Part shown: positions 12,184 through 25,225 of the stretch, piece after piece
How positions within the stretch are numbered: the first letter of the stretch is position 1
Layout: every line of letters starts with the position of its first letter
NCBI GenBank assembly: GCA_951406725.2
Contig: OX597814.1
Span: forward strand, 159,588,001 to 159,652,000
Reading direction: 5' to 3'
DNA length: 64,000 bases
Source of the DNA: Octopus vulgaris
Taxonomy: Eukaryota
Position numbers and translations under genes: made by a program
Notes under the pieces: generated by a model
Told to the model about the DNA's origin: nothing
Databases searched by the model: none
The model's input: the letters and a program-made list of their open reading frames with translations, nothing else

Positions 12184-12492
12184 CGAATAATAAGTATAAA
12201 ACTTAAAGTGTACTTTGGGTATTGGATTTGTAAATCCCTTATTAATGATTCATAAATGTCCTCTTTCTTTTGTATCTTACTAACCACACTGATATCCAGA
12301 GGCAGCTAATTTCCAGAGCATGTTATTTCATCGTGGTCCCATACAACGATATGTGTTCGGTTGTGTTTTTATTTGGTGGCTGCTTTAATTTTTAAGTTTC
12401 ACCAATATTCTTTTAATCTATCGGTCACACTATAGCCAACTTCATCTGTTGGTGATTTCTTTTTTGTATGTGTGTATGTGTGTATACATACA

Positions 12493-12524
<32 letters not shown>

Positions 12525-12525
<1 letters not shown>

Positions 12526-12716
12526 GACGGAGATGTATTTGCATAGCAAGTGACCTGATCTGAGATCGTGTGCTGGAACGAAAACAATTGCAGCGTGAGA
12601 GGTGTTTATAAGCCATTTAAGAAACACACAATTTAAATTTAAATGTTAAAGTGAATCTAATGGTTTTTGTGTGTTTCTTAAATGGCTTATAAACACCATC
12701 CACGCTGCAATTGTTT
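12525..12716. mobile_element. Short microsatellite-embedded foldback element; second copy at 20713-20849
   Basis: ~50-bp inverted arms at 12582-12631 and 12667-12716; the same leader (ACGGAGATGTA...GACCTGATCTGAGATCG) precedes both copies. Confidence 0.7.
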
Positions 12717-12799
<83 letters not shown>

Positions 12800-13347
12800 G
12801 ATATATAGATGGGTAGATACATTCATACATACATAAATATACACATACATGTATATATATATTTATACATATATATGTATATATAGAGATATATGCACAC
12901 GCATACACATACATGAATATATATGTGTATATATTTGTTATGATATTAGAGTTGACTAGTTTATTTAACCAGTGATCAAAGCTTCATTTCTAAGGTTTAT
13001 TTAGCAGTGATACCTCATTAAAAAGTCAGCATGATCAGGTAGTAATTTGCTTTGGATGTAAAAGTTACAAGAAATGAAGTTTTAATATTTAAATTTCTTG
13101 TTGGTAGAATTCTTATAACAATCTAATGTTGAAAAAGCAAGTATAATGGTAGATGGTAGCATTTGCATAGGTAACAAAATATTACAAAGCGAGGTGAAAT
13201 AGATATGTATTTGAGCATAAGTATTGTATAAGCATTTAGACTCACAGAAAACCTTCAGAAAATAAATATCCTATTGTACTTTTCACTAATTCCTGCATTT
13301 ATCCTTCAATTTCAGACACAGAGTTTGGTAACCAATTCTCTTCCATC

Positions 13348-14466
13348 ATGTACGGGCACGGATACAACGGTAGAATGGAACCAATGCACATGATGTCAAT
13401 GGACTTCCAAGGCAGATACATGGATTCTTATGGAAGAATGGTTGATCCCAGATCCTATGGCTTCTATGGCAGATATCATGACCAAGACAGGTACTATGGT
13501 AGATCTATGTACAACTATCACGGTTTCCATGATTTCAATAGGTTCCATAGATTTGATTATTTCATGGATTTCCCAGATATGTTTATGGATATGTCCGGTT
13601 ATCAGATGGACATGTATGGAAGGTGGATGGACATGCACGGACACTACTCTAGCCCCTACTCCTACATGTTCAATTCTTCAAGACATGGCTACAACACTAG
13701 CTACTACAATGGTCGTTACGGGTTCTATCCAGAGAGATTCATGGACATGTCCCACTACCAAATGGACATGTATGGCCGATATATGGACAGAAACGGACGT
13801 CACTGTAGCCCATATAACAACTATTACAGGCGTTATATGAATTATCCATATATGAATTTCCTGCATATGTACCATCCCGAGAGATCCATGGATATGTCCC
13901 ATTACCAGATGGATTTTAATGGTCATTGGATGGACATGTATAATCATTACTCCCATCCTTTCTTTGGTCACAACCATTACTATAGGGGGAGCCACTACCA
14001 CAATTATTATCCCCACTCTAACTACAGCTGGGGACATAGATTTTACAACTACCCAGAAAGATACTTTGATATGTCCCACTACCAGATGGACTTCAATGGT
14101 CACTGGATGAACATGTATGGTCATGGCTATCAACCTTTCCATTCATTCAATGGCTCCAACGCTTATCACCATTCGGGTAACAGTTACAGTTGGGGACATA
14201 GGTACCACAACTATTACGACATGTTCAATGATATGTCCCATTACCAAATGGATTTCGACGGTAACTGGATGGACATGTACAATCAATACTCCTATCCTTT
14301 CTTTGGTTATAACCATTACCAAAGAGGGAGCCATTACTATAACTATTATCCCCACTATAACTACAACTGGGGACATAGGTTCCACGACTACCCAGAAAGA
14401 TTCTTTGATATGTCTCACTACGAGATGGACTTCAATGGGCGCTGGATGAACATGCACAGATTTTAA
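13348..14466 (+). CDS. REF: Reflectin (372 aa; His-rich; N-terminal motif plus 6 reflectin motifs)
   Basis: N-terminal motif MEPMHMMSMDFQGRYMDSYGRMVDP; repeats of PER[F/Y][M/F]DMS[G/H]YQMD[M/F]xG[R/H]WMD fitting M/FD(X5)MD(X5)MD; Y/M/R/H/N-rich; A at -3 of the ATG. Confidence 0.97.
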   Translation: MYGHGYNGRMEPMHMMSMDFQGRYMDSYGRMVDPRSYGFYGRYHDQDRYYGRSMYNYHGFHDFNRFHRFDYFMDFPDMFMDMSGYQMDMYGRWMDMHGHYSSPYSYMFNSSRHGYNTSYYNGRYGFYPERFMDMSHYQMDMYGRYMDRNGRHCSPYNNYYRRYMNYPYMNFLHMYHPERSMDMSHYQMDFNGHWMDMYNHYSHPFFGHNHYYRGSHYHNYYPHSNYSWGHRFYNYPERYFDMSHYQMDFNGHWMNMYGHGYQPFHSFNGSNAYHHSGNSYSWGHRYHNYYDMFNDMSHYQMDFDGNWMDMYNQYSYPFFGYNHYQRGSHYYNYYPHYNYNWGHRFHDYPERFFDMSHYEMDFNGRWMNMHRF

Positions 14467-14581
14467 TTTTGTAATCAGACAAACGACAAGACTTTTCGGA
14501 AGTTCTACTGGCTAATGTTAACTGGAAACCTGACACAGTTTTTTAACGTCCTCAGTAATCGGACACATTTAAATATATATC

Positions 14582-14625
14582 AATAAAATTTTGTTGCAAC
14601 ATATGAATATCTTGTGTTGTGTTTC
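14582..14625 (+). terminator. Polyadenylation signal of reflectin gene 1
   Basis: AATAAA at 14582-14587 followed by GT-rich CTTGTGTTGTGTTTC at 14611-14625. Confidence 0.65.
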
Positions 14626-15309
14626 AATATTTTCTTTACAATTTTGTTTAATTCGTAAAATAAAAAATAATCAATGTAAGACTGACTACTTTCATAAACT
14701 TATTAGAATTATATTTATTAAGGTAATTCAAGTTTCCTTTCTATCCAATTTGTTACCACTATATTTAAGTAAAGAAACCATAGTTTTATACGATATATAA
14801 ATTGTATTGCCATTAGTTTGCAACCGCAGGTGACAGACTTAGATTAATTTGAAATGTTTAATTGCTGCTTGAACTCCTTTACCTTTAGAAATTGAAGGAA
14901 TACGTTGTGACTTTTTAAACTTTCTACATCTTTTTGCTGATTATTAAAAGGTATGATCATTTTTTTTTACCAATGTGTTTTAACAAATAAAATGCAGCAA
15001 TTTTAGAGTCATTCAAAAAATACAACAGAGTTACTGCAATGATAATACAATGAAATGAAAAAGCAATTCTAGGAAGTAAGAATAATGGTCAGATAAAATC
15101 ACAGTAAAGAATATCTGAATAAGTGTTATTAAATTTGAAAGGGCGTCATAGTCACATCGTCGCTTTTTACTGTAGTTGTATATAAAATAGAAACGAACTG
15201 ATAAATTTGGTTTATATTTGGGATAAAAGTTACCAAATGTAATAAATGCTCTAAAATTAATTTACTAGCATTGAGCTTTTGATCATCTTCCGGATATTGA
15301 CTGAAGTGA

Positions 15310-15400
<91 letters not shown>

Positions 15401-15500
15401 ACACACATATATATATGTATATATATGTACATAGATACAAACATACATAAGCATGTGTGTGTGTGTGTGTGTGTTTCTGTGTGTGTGTGAGTGTGTGTAT
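15310..15500. repeat. (TATC)n plus (TG)n microsatellites
   Basis: Read directly. Confidence 0.95.
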
Positions 15501-17120
15501 ATAAATTGGTATCATTCATAGACCACACTTAAAGTAAGTCTGTTGGTTGTGGTTGGAGCTGAACTTTGTTTATGGGGGTGAAAATATATATCATATTACT
15601 TCAAAATATCATAGATAAAAGGTAAAAAATAAGTTTAATGTTGTATTTAGACATATTTAGTCACACGTATTACGTATTTGCTTTGTAATGGAGGAAAGCC
15701 AGTATATCAGTGATCATTTCAGTTGATACAGGAGCTATCTTGATAGTTCAAAAGCTGTTGTCTTGTCTATGGGTAATTAATATAATCGGACGATTAGCAA
15801 AGGCTTCTCCATTTATAATCGAAAGATTTTCTGATAATTGAAGCTTAGTTATATTTTTATTGAAATCTGCAAAAGTAAGGAAGTAAAGTTTTTAGCGATA
15901 TATGTAGTGAATCTTGCTTTATGCTGTAAAAAATAGACAATCTGCTATAGAAGATATGTCTGATACAGAAAGTACAAATGTATAGCGGTGGTTATGATTA
16001 AAGATAATGCGCTTGCAGACTTATAAGATCATTGCAATCTGTATAAAATACCGACTGGAATGTATATTTCACTTGTATTCATTGTGAGCAACCCGAATAT
16101 CAAAAATGCTGTAGATGGTACAAAAGTATCTATTTCAACTGAATGGTAATGCTGGCGAAGCAAGCCATGCAATTCAAATGATATTACAATGTTTATGAAA
16201 TAATTCATAGCAGACAATAAGTGGAAAGCTGCGTTTTTCTACAAGAAATAATCCGCAGAAGTGTAAAGCAGGAAAGGATTTGTGTGAGGGTGGATGTGCG
16301 TGTTTGGGAGTCCATATAAGTGAAACTGCATAAATTGTGTGTCCGTACAAATGAGACTGTATGAACTACGTTTATATCCATAAGTGTATATTTCTGTGTA
16401 ACGTCATCATTATGAAAGTAGGTTATCTGCCCGGGTACCACAAAGAAAGTAAAGGGACATTAATCCCTCATTGGTTAATAAAACCCTTATCACCTTCCAA
16501 TTAAATTGCTGGCAATGGTCTCTGTTCATAATTGGAAAGGAAGCCTTCTTTGAGGATACTCCATGGCTGCATGTATTCTCAAAATCTCCTCTAAACCCGA
16601 TCAAAAGAGATGAATTCTAATGACAACCTAAATAGATCGACGGGATTCTCTGTACTGAAGTAATCTACCCATTCCTACTATTTAGATTTTCGGTAAAATG
16701 ATGGAAAATAATTTTTGAAATGTGTTCTCGGAACTTAAACCCGTCAACAGCGTCAAAGCGCATATTAAAGAAAAACTATAACATTTTATCAGCATAACTA
16801 AAAAAAAAGAAAAAAAAGATCAAAAGTCCTTTACAAGCCTTCGGCGATTTCCCGGATTCTGTGACATATATTTGACTCCAGGACGGGACGCTAATCTATC
16901 GCAGGATTACTCATTTTTGCCAGCTGAGTAGACTGGAGCAATGTGAAATGGAGTGTTTATATCACAACAGCCGAACGAGAACATCGCCCGCTCTAGGAAT
17001 CGAAACCATAATCATATAATCATGAGTTCAACACTCTAACTACTAAGCCATGCGCCTCCAGTTCATCGTCATTCCAAGATATTCTGATCATACACCTTTT
17101 TAATTTAAAATACTTCCTTT

Positions 17121-17360
17121 AGGCGGCGAGCTTAGCAGAATCGTTACAGCACTGGACAAAATTCTTAGTGACATTTCTTCCAGCTTTGTGTTCTGAGTTC
17201 AAACATCGCCGGGGTCGACTTTGCCTTTCGTACTTTCAGCGTCGATAAAATAAGTACCATATGAACATTAGGGACGATATAATCGACTTATCCTCTCCCC
17301 CGAAATTGCTGGCCTCGTGCCGAAATTGCTGGCCTCGTGCCAAAATTTGGCACCAATTTA
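17121..17360 (+). mobile_element. SINE family B copy
   Basis: AGGCGGCGAGCT..GCAGAATCGTTA head and GTCGACTTTGCCTTTC core. Confidence 0.75.
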
Positions 17361-17644
17361 AAATGATTCCAATACAAAAAACTCTATGTCAAAAGTTGTT
17401 TCTTCGCCAAGAACAGAATATACTTCAACATAAACAGGTGGCAGGGAAGCGGCATGTTGAATTGTATCGTATATTCATAAGCACTTATTCTTGAACAAAT
17501 CCGAGAGAAAATAACGCCCAGCCTCTAACATTTCTAATTCTATATGAAAATTTTTTCCTTTCTCAGATGCAATCATAACAGTAGAGAAATAATCCATTCA
17601 TAAGTGTGGTCCTACAGAGTAGTATATATATATATATATATATA

Positions 17645-17830
17645 TAGTTAATTCAAACAAGAAAACACAAAAAAACACAATAACGCGAGGACGTGGAACA
17701 AATATAGTATTATTGGACGCTCAGGAAAGAAGGAAAGAAGGAGGGTTTAACGTTTCGAGCGGAGCTCTTCGTCGGAAACATAGGAGAAGGAAAGATCCAG
17801 AGAAGGGAAGACAGGAAAAAAATCGCCAAT
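17645..17830 (-). mobile_element. (TA)n-embedded short element with hammerhead motif (17745-17779); near-identical opposite-strand copy at 54243-54450
   Basis: GTTT-CCGACGA-A-GAGC-TCC-GCTC-GAAA-CG-TT-AAAC is identical in both copies. Confidence 0.75.
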
Positions 17831-17928
17831 ATATATATATATATTTTTTTTTAATAAAAGGGTTAAATTAATTAATTAATTAATTAATTAACTAATCAAT
17901 TAATATATATATATATATATATATACAA

Positions 17929-18154
17929 GGCGGCGAGCTGGCAGAAACGTTAGCACGCCAGGCGAAATGCGTAGCCGTATTTCGTCTGCCGTTACGTTCT
18001 GAGTTCAAATTCCGTCGAGGTCGACTTTGCCTTTCATCCTTTCGGGGTCGATAAATTAAGTACCAGTTACGCACTGGGATCGATGTAATCGACTTAATCC
18101 GTTTGTCTGTCCTTTTTTGTCCCCTCTGTGTTTAGCCCCTTGTGGGTAGTAAAG

Positions 18155-18158
<4 letters not shown>
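17929..18158 (+). mobile_element. Full-length young SINE family B copy ending in (AT)n
   Basis: GGCGGCGAGCTGGCAGAAACGTTAGCACGCC...GAGTTCAAATTCC...TAGTAAAGAAAT; near-identical to 26308-26538, 51495-51727 and 56581-56812. Confidence 0.85.
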
Positions 18159-18205
<47 letters not shown>

Positions 18206-18209
<4 letters not shown>

Positions 18210-18625
18210 ATGTTACATTACTCGGTAGTCAAGATAAAACTCTGAGTTTCAGATGCCGAAGTGGAAATCCACAACACCATCTCTTCGGTTATCTGGCTAT
18301 TTGAAAACGTTATGAAAAAATACCGTTAAAAATGAAGGGAAATTACTCTGTTATAACTCTGCTTTGCCTGCGTACTTATACATCGCTCGCATTTTTCGTC
18401 ATAAAAATTATATAAAAATACATAAAAATATATAAAAATATATAAAAATATATAAAATCTTCTTGGGACATAACACAGAAAGCATGTTCTATCCGTTTTC
18501 TTTAGGGGACCAAAAACGTAACAGAAATTTAGTCACATGTGGGCATGATCCGAAAAGCTCTGTCCTTGTATTTAGACATGTGGTAGGGAGGTCTCTTTCT
18601 TTCTTTTGTTATCTTACCGTTTTAT

Positions 18626-18630
<5 letters not shown>
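18206..18630 (-). mobile_element. (TA)n-embedded element with hammerhead-like motif (18233-18293)
   Basis: Minus strand: GATAA-CCGAAGA-GATG...CATC-T-GAAA-CTCAGAG-TT-TTATC. A related foldback remnant lies at ~50200-50347. Confidence 0.55.
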
Positions 18631-18690
<60 letters not shown>

Positions 18691-18691
<1 letters not shown>

Positions 18692-19216
18692 CTCTGTGTG
18701 AAAAGTCTGGCTGCATCCGAAAAAATATATATTATGAAAGAAAAATATAAACAAAATTTATTACACGAATCTGTTACCACCACGACAGTCAACTATTTGA
18801 CGCCGAACACGAGTTTGATGTTGTTTCTACCAAGTTGTCTACTGGTTGCAGTACGCCTTTCACGAATAGCATTGACTATTCTTTCTTGCATAGCAGCATT
18901 TTTGACAAGGCTTGGTCGCACAGAACGCTGTTTTTGCTGTATTGTTCCACGAAGATTTGCATTTTTATAAATTCGCGCTGGTATATTGCGGTCTACTTGA
19001 AAGGCATTGCAAAGATCACTCACTGCTTCATTTGCGAACCCATCTTTAATTTGCTGGTAGCGTAGAAGTATTGCCATTCTATCTCTCTCACTAATTTGTT
19101 CACCTCGCCTGCGAGCCATCTAAAGTTAATAATGATTCTGCTAATTCCACGTGTTGTCAATTGTATGCACCTGACATATGCTAACGTGCATGCAAGCCAG
19201 ACTTTTCACACAGAGG
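18691..19216 (-). mobile_element. Internally deleted Tc1/mariner-like DNA transposon retaining the N-terminal transposase region (ORF 18793-19119)
   Basis: 22-bp TIRs CCTCTGTGTGAAAAGTCTGGCT / AGCCAGACTTTTCACACAGAGG within (TA)n; basic HTH-like ORF MARRRGEQISERDRMAILLRY... Confidence 0.7.
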
Positions 19217-19251
19217 ATATATATATATATATATACATATACAAACACGCA

Positions 19252-19310
<59 letters not shown>

Positions 19311-19526
19311 CTTTACTACCCACAAGGGGCTAAACACAGAGGAGACAAACAAGGACAGACAAACGGATTAAGTCGATTACATCGACCCCAGTGCGTAACT
19401 GGTACTTAATTTATCGACCCCGAAAGGATGAAAGGCAAAGTCGACCTCATATATATATATCTATATATATATATATATATACACGAATACATACACACAC
19501 ACATACGTACACATACATATATATAC

Positions 19527-19680
19527 GCATTATTTACATTATTTACATTTGACGTATATTTGTACTCGTCTTGTTTGTTGCTAACACAAAATTTCGGCTG
19601 ATATACTCTCCAGCCTTCTTCAGGTGTCTCGGAGAAATTTCGAACCTGGGTTCTCATTCCTAAGGTATTTTTCGATGTTG

Positions 19681-19748
<68 letters not shown>

Positions 19749-19828
19749 GAGGTCACTGCCTGGAATCGAACTCGGAATCTTGGGGTTAGTAGCCCGCGCT
19801 CTTAACCACTACGCCTATACCTGTGGGC

Positions 19829-19897
<69 letters not shown>

Positions 19898-20072
19898 TCG
19901 ATAAATACCTTAGGAATGAGAACCCAGGTTCGAAATTTCCCCATGATACCCGATGAAGGCTGGTGGGTATATCAGCCGAAACGTATTAACAACAAACAAG
20001 ATGACAAATATCCGTCAAATGTAAATAATGTAAATAATGCACATAATTCCTCATCTCTTAAATATAAAACTG
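19527..20072. mobile_element. Second head-to-head inverted dimer of the tRNA-headed hammerhead element
   Basis: Same family as 8810-9415. Hammerheads at 19583-19628 (-) and ~19945-19990 (+); internal (AAT)n; right arm ends in AACTG, as in the first copy. Confidence 0.8.
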
Positions 20073-20143
20073 CCTATACATTTATACATATATATGTATA
20101 TATATGTATGTGTATACATGTGTATACATATATATGTATGTGT

Positions 20144-20182
<39 letters not shown>

Positions 20183-20228
20183 TATACACAAGCATACTGA
20201 TACACACACACACACACTCATACACACA

Positions 20229-20296
<68 letters not shown>

Positions 20297-20675
20297 GATA
20301 TGCAAGTAGGTTCGCGGAGGAACTGACCAAAGACCAAAGGTCCCAAGGACTGATTGGGAAATGTCGTCATGGACACAGTGGGAGGCGTCGGTAGATCCTT
20401 GAATGCATTTATTTTCGTAAATGCGTTGGAACCTTCATTGTTGAATGATTTATTTCCTAGCTATATATTTTTGAAAATGCATACCGTTTTTCTGGGAGTA
20501 TATTCTTTTATTCCGTTCTGTGCCTTGGTGTTTTTGTTTTGTTCTGTTCCCAAATTCTTTGCTCATCTACAAACCTACTTATTCATACATACATACATTT
20601 ACCCATATATAGACACCTTCCCCCACACCCTGACACCCACCCACATATACAACACATACACGCACTCTCACACAC

Positions 20676-20715
<40 letters not shown>

Positions 20716-20851
20716 CGGAGATGTACTTGCATAGCATGTGACCTGATCTGAGATCGTCTGCTGGAACGAAAACAATTGCAGCATCGAAAGTGTTTATAAG
20801 CCATGTGTTTCTTAAATGGCTTATAAACACCTTCCACGCTGCAATTGTTAT

Positions 20852-20962
<111 letters not shown>

Positions 20963-21429
20963 CACACAAACACGCACGCATGTACGTCCGCACAGACATA
21001 TGCACTTAAACACGCCCAGATATGTATGTGTCTATCCGAGTGGTGCTGGAGCACATGTATCCATATGATGGCAGAGAAGTCGTTGCCAGTTCTGATTACC
21101 ATTTATGCTTATGAATCTACACCTACAATCTTATAAGTATGTAGGAATAACTCCAACATAGACACAGAGTTGAGAATTAGAAGAAAGAGGAGAACGGTTG
21201 ATCTCATCGACTACGCAAGTTGTCCATTGATTGGCAACTTGTTCATTGATCTCAGTCCGGGATAAATGTACATTAGTATCTAACACATGAGGTCTCACGC
21301 ATATCTCTATACGGGGTTAGTGGTAGTAAATGTTCCCGTCTGTGTGTTAGTGGTGGGGCCAACAGCGGTGGTGATGTATCGATGTCATTCCTCCCGCATT
21401 TTGTTGGTTATTTTTCTGTTTAACAGACG

Positions 21430-22210
21430 CTCAATTAAATTATATAGCTGCTGCCCTAATATGAAGAGCATCATTACCCGTTAGTACCACCAAGTGCCCA
21501 CTTCCAGTTGTAACTGTCTAAACCCTGGAGATTGCCTACTTGACAAGGTGTGCATGATAAACTCCGTCGTATATAAGGCAGATGTTACAGCAACGCTACA
21601 TGATAATTCTAATCGGGCTATGCGAAGGTGATTTCAAAGAACTCTATGTTAACACCAATCTTCCTTCCGGCACATGGACAAAAGTAAAGCCACTAATTTG
21701 GATAACTAGGCTTGAAGACCAACTACATGCCACACACAATCAAGTGGAAAATCGTAGAAAAATCCATGCCATATGTTAATGGGTCTAAAAAAATGCAAGT
21801 TATGCGTAGATGAAAGATCGCATATTCTTTTTAGTTCTAAGAATTCCACCGTACTGCTGAATTCTAGATGAGAAATTTTCTGCAAATGCATATGGACAAG
21901 CTTCTTTAGGCGAATTTGAGAATATCGCTTTCTCCGGATTGAACAGCTGTATCGCACACTTTAGACCTCTGCTATTGGTTCTACACCAACTCGTTTTATG
22001 GCTTTACAGTGAAAGGGGACATAACTCTGATTCTCGCACTTCCTTCCGTTTTTTTCACCCTTCCACTTTTTGTGTCCTCCAGCTGTTCATTTTTTCTCAT
22101 GATTTCTCTTGTTCTATTGTCTTGACTTGTAACTTGTATAGACCGTGTGCTCAGATTTGGAAAATCGCTTGAAGACATTAAGCGTGTTATTAAAACCTGC
22201 CTAGACAACA
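21430..22210 (+). mobile_element. Penelope-like (Naiad-like) GIY-YIG endonuclease remnant plus 3' tail
   Basis: IKLYSCCPNMKSII..CNCLNPGDCLLDKVCMINSVVYKADV..IGLCEGDFK..IKWKIVEKSMPYVNGSKKCKLC..LLNSR*EIFCKC, with stops and frameshifts. Confidence 0.8.
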
Positions 22211-22282
22211 TCACCAATGTATGTAACTATTAGGAGCTCATAACTATATACAGTGTACACTAAACAATATATGTATGTGTGA

Positions 22283-22327
<45 letters not shown>

Positions 22328-22330
<3 letters not shown>

Positions 22331-23156
22331 TAAGGGCACACAAAGGCGCCTACCTGCTAGAAAGAGGAGTTAAAATCCTCATTTTAACCACCAATAATAA
22401 CACTGAAATATACAACAGAAAAACAACAGAAGTCGGGCGAACAGGCCAAAAGAAAAAAATCTTTCACTTACCTATATAGCCCAATGCTATATATTTCTTG
22501 GTATTTGGATATACATGTACCATGGTTTCTGATTTGGCAAACAGCCTCACCTTCCTTAGCATGTATTATCGGTTGAAAATCCTTTTCAACCCATCACGTT
22601 GTAGTCTGCCGGTGATCTGAATTGTTTTGCTCCAAAATCAGAACAGCCTCAGTGTAAATATACCAATAAGGAGCAAATATTCAGGAGTGAATATTTACAT
22701 AGATATTAGTATTGTTATAATTATCCACGGTGATATAAATCGTTGATAATAACAACAACAATAATATAAGTGGTTGCAGGCCTAAAATAGCATTAGATAG
22801 CTATAGAATTCAAATTCAATCATAAGGGCACACAAAGGCGCCTACGTGCTAGAGAGAGGAGCTAAAACCCTCTTTACCAAGAAATATATAGCATTGCACT
22901 ATATAGGTATGTGAAAGATTTTCTTTTGTCCGTTCGCCCGACTACTGCTGTTTTTCTTTCGTATTTTTCAGTGTTATTATTGGTGGTTTAAATGAGGGTT
23001 TTAACTCCTCTTTAACTCCAATAATATATATGGCCTGAAGCCACTTATATTATTGCTGTTGTTATTATGAACTATTTATATTACCGTGGATAATAATAAC
23101 AATAATAATATCTACATAAATATTCACTCCTGAATATTCACTCCTGAATATTTGCT

Positions 23157-23162
<6 letters not shown>
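22328..23162. mobile_element. (TA)n-embedded ~490-bp monomer in partial-tandem plus inverted arrangement (PLE pLTR-like)
   Basis: 22328-22380 is repeated at 22819-22872; 22876-23162 is an inverted copy of parts of the monomer. Degenerate hammerhead GTGATG-GGTTGAAAA/TTTTCAACC-GATA on the minus strand at 22567-22597. Confidence 0.7.
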
Positions 23163-23202
<40 letters not shown>

Positions 23203-23390
23203 ATTAATGGTAAAATAACTCTTTGCCCTCACCCATTTATTACACTCGGTAATGTAATTGCCATGCAATGAAAAAGCACTTGTGTATTAATAATTGGGTA
23301 TTCTACCAGCAGTATATTGGATAGATATTATCCCTTAGTTGGTTGGATTCACAACCTCTAACTTTCTTGGAATTATATACATACATTCAT

Positions 23391-23439
<49 letters not shown>

Positions 23440-23448
23440 GTATGTATG

Positions 23449-23480
<32 letters not shown>

Positions 23481-23506
23481 TGTATGTATGTATAGGGACA
23501 TACATA

Positions 23507-23706
23507 CGAAGGGATGTTGAAAAATTCTTGTCTTCAAGGGTATCGCGAAAGGCCTGATTGGAGGCCTAGCGTTCCGTGTTCTTTAGCAGGGCTTGGAGAA
23601 ATCGAAGGACCGCTTCAGTAAGTGTGAATCTGAGAATAAAATCATAATTAACTGATCCTCCTGTATTTTCTTTTACTCAAAGTCAAGGACTTTTCAGCAC
23701 CCCTCG
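23507..23706 (+). mobile_element. mariner-derived MITE
   Basis: TA|CGAAGGGATGTTGAAAAATTC ... GACTTTTCAGCACCCCTCG|TA imperfect TIRs. Confidence 0.7.
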
Positions 23707-25225
23707 TACATACATACACCCGCATATATACATACGGATATGTTAGTATAATATAATATAATATAATATAATATAATATAATATAATACATGCACATACG
23801 AGGTAAAAGTACTTAATACGAAGAGTTGAGTGACAGCAAATTTTGCATAAGTTGAAACTTCCCTAGTGCAACTCTGAGTGTTGCTTCTCGGCTCGTTCGG
23901 CTGTTGTGATATAAAGTAGAACGTTCCCTTATTTTCATATAATTTGGATATGTGAAAGCTGCATATAACAGTGTATCTGTATAAAATTATATAAAGGGAT
24001 ACAAATTCATAGAAGCAGCGCGGATATTGTGATGTACTGAGCAAGTTGAAAGCAATTCTATTGTCTTATTACTGTAATGCAATATACAATTGTACGTTAT
24101 ATATGTTTAGTGAAAATAAATTTATGAGTCTCAAAAGAGATGCGAGTCTGGAATTTCTATTCTCTGGGACTGAATAAAATTTCGCTCTTTTATGAAAGGC
24201 ATAAACCAAAAGATCTTGAAAACTGGTTATATGTTTTCGTATGGCTAAAATTTTGCATCATAATCGCGCGAATGAGTATCTTATCAAATACATAGCGTTG
24301 TGTGGTTGCACAAAAAATACAACAAATACAGTAATATTTGTACATGTATACATATTTTTATTGCAGTTTCTTTTTACATTTTTATCAACTTCAGTGCATA
24401 TACCTGTCCGGTGATGGAAATAATTGTTACAGTGATATAAAATAACAACTTACGAGTTACATAAAGCAAAAGTTCGAAGTGATTATCTGTAGAAAGTATA
24501 CTCTAACAGGATGAAAGTGAATTATATTTTACTTTTGAAAGAAAAGGAGCGAAAATTACATAATTTGATAGGAAATGGTAGAAATAATTTACTGCTTTAA
24601 GTATTCATTCAGATAAGAACACGTATAGTTTTGAGAGAGTCTGACCGAAAATGTTCCATCAGAAATAGATGAAAGGTGGTATAAATATAATACATAAATT
24701 GCAAAATGACTCGAGTCTGTAATTTCTTCGAATGTTGCAAATTGGCTTACGGCTGTAAGATGTGCATCCGGTCATGTACCAGTGTTCGTGCAACTTATTG
24801 AAGTAACGCAGTGCATACATGGAAACGAATGATTCACAAACTGTATAACTCGAATGTAGTTGTGGTTAGATGTTGGTTGTTGTGGTGATTGCTGCAAGGT
24901 CGAGATGTGAAGCGAAATTAAATAGTCGACGCATGTATTGACTCATAAACTGTATAGTTGGAGAGAGCGTTTGTATCGTATCCGATAAGCTTCGTAGCTG
25001 GTGATTCCGGAACTTACTGCTGTTGGTAAAAGAGTTATCGAGAGTTAGTGATAAAAATTCTTGAATGTTAATTGACTTGTTCTACAGACAACATACAACA
25101 AAACCAGTTGCAGGACAGTTCGGTAAAGAAGCGTCAGTCTGTGGGGATGCGAAAGACTCTGAAATAGAAAGCTGGTAACTAATTCTAGCTATGTGATGAC
25201 TTCGACTTTGATCGAATAAATACAG

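Noticed and set aside
23988-24120. TATATAAAGGGAT identical to the gene-2 TATA context: promoter of a fourth reflectin?
   Set aside because: No good Inr or donor at the expected spacing and no plus-strand reflectin exon downstream in the window. It is followed by AATAAA, so more likely a decayed LTR or chance.
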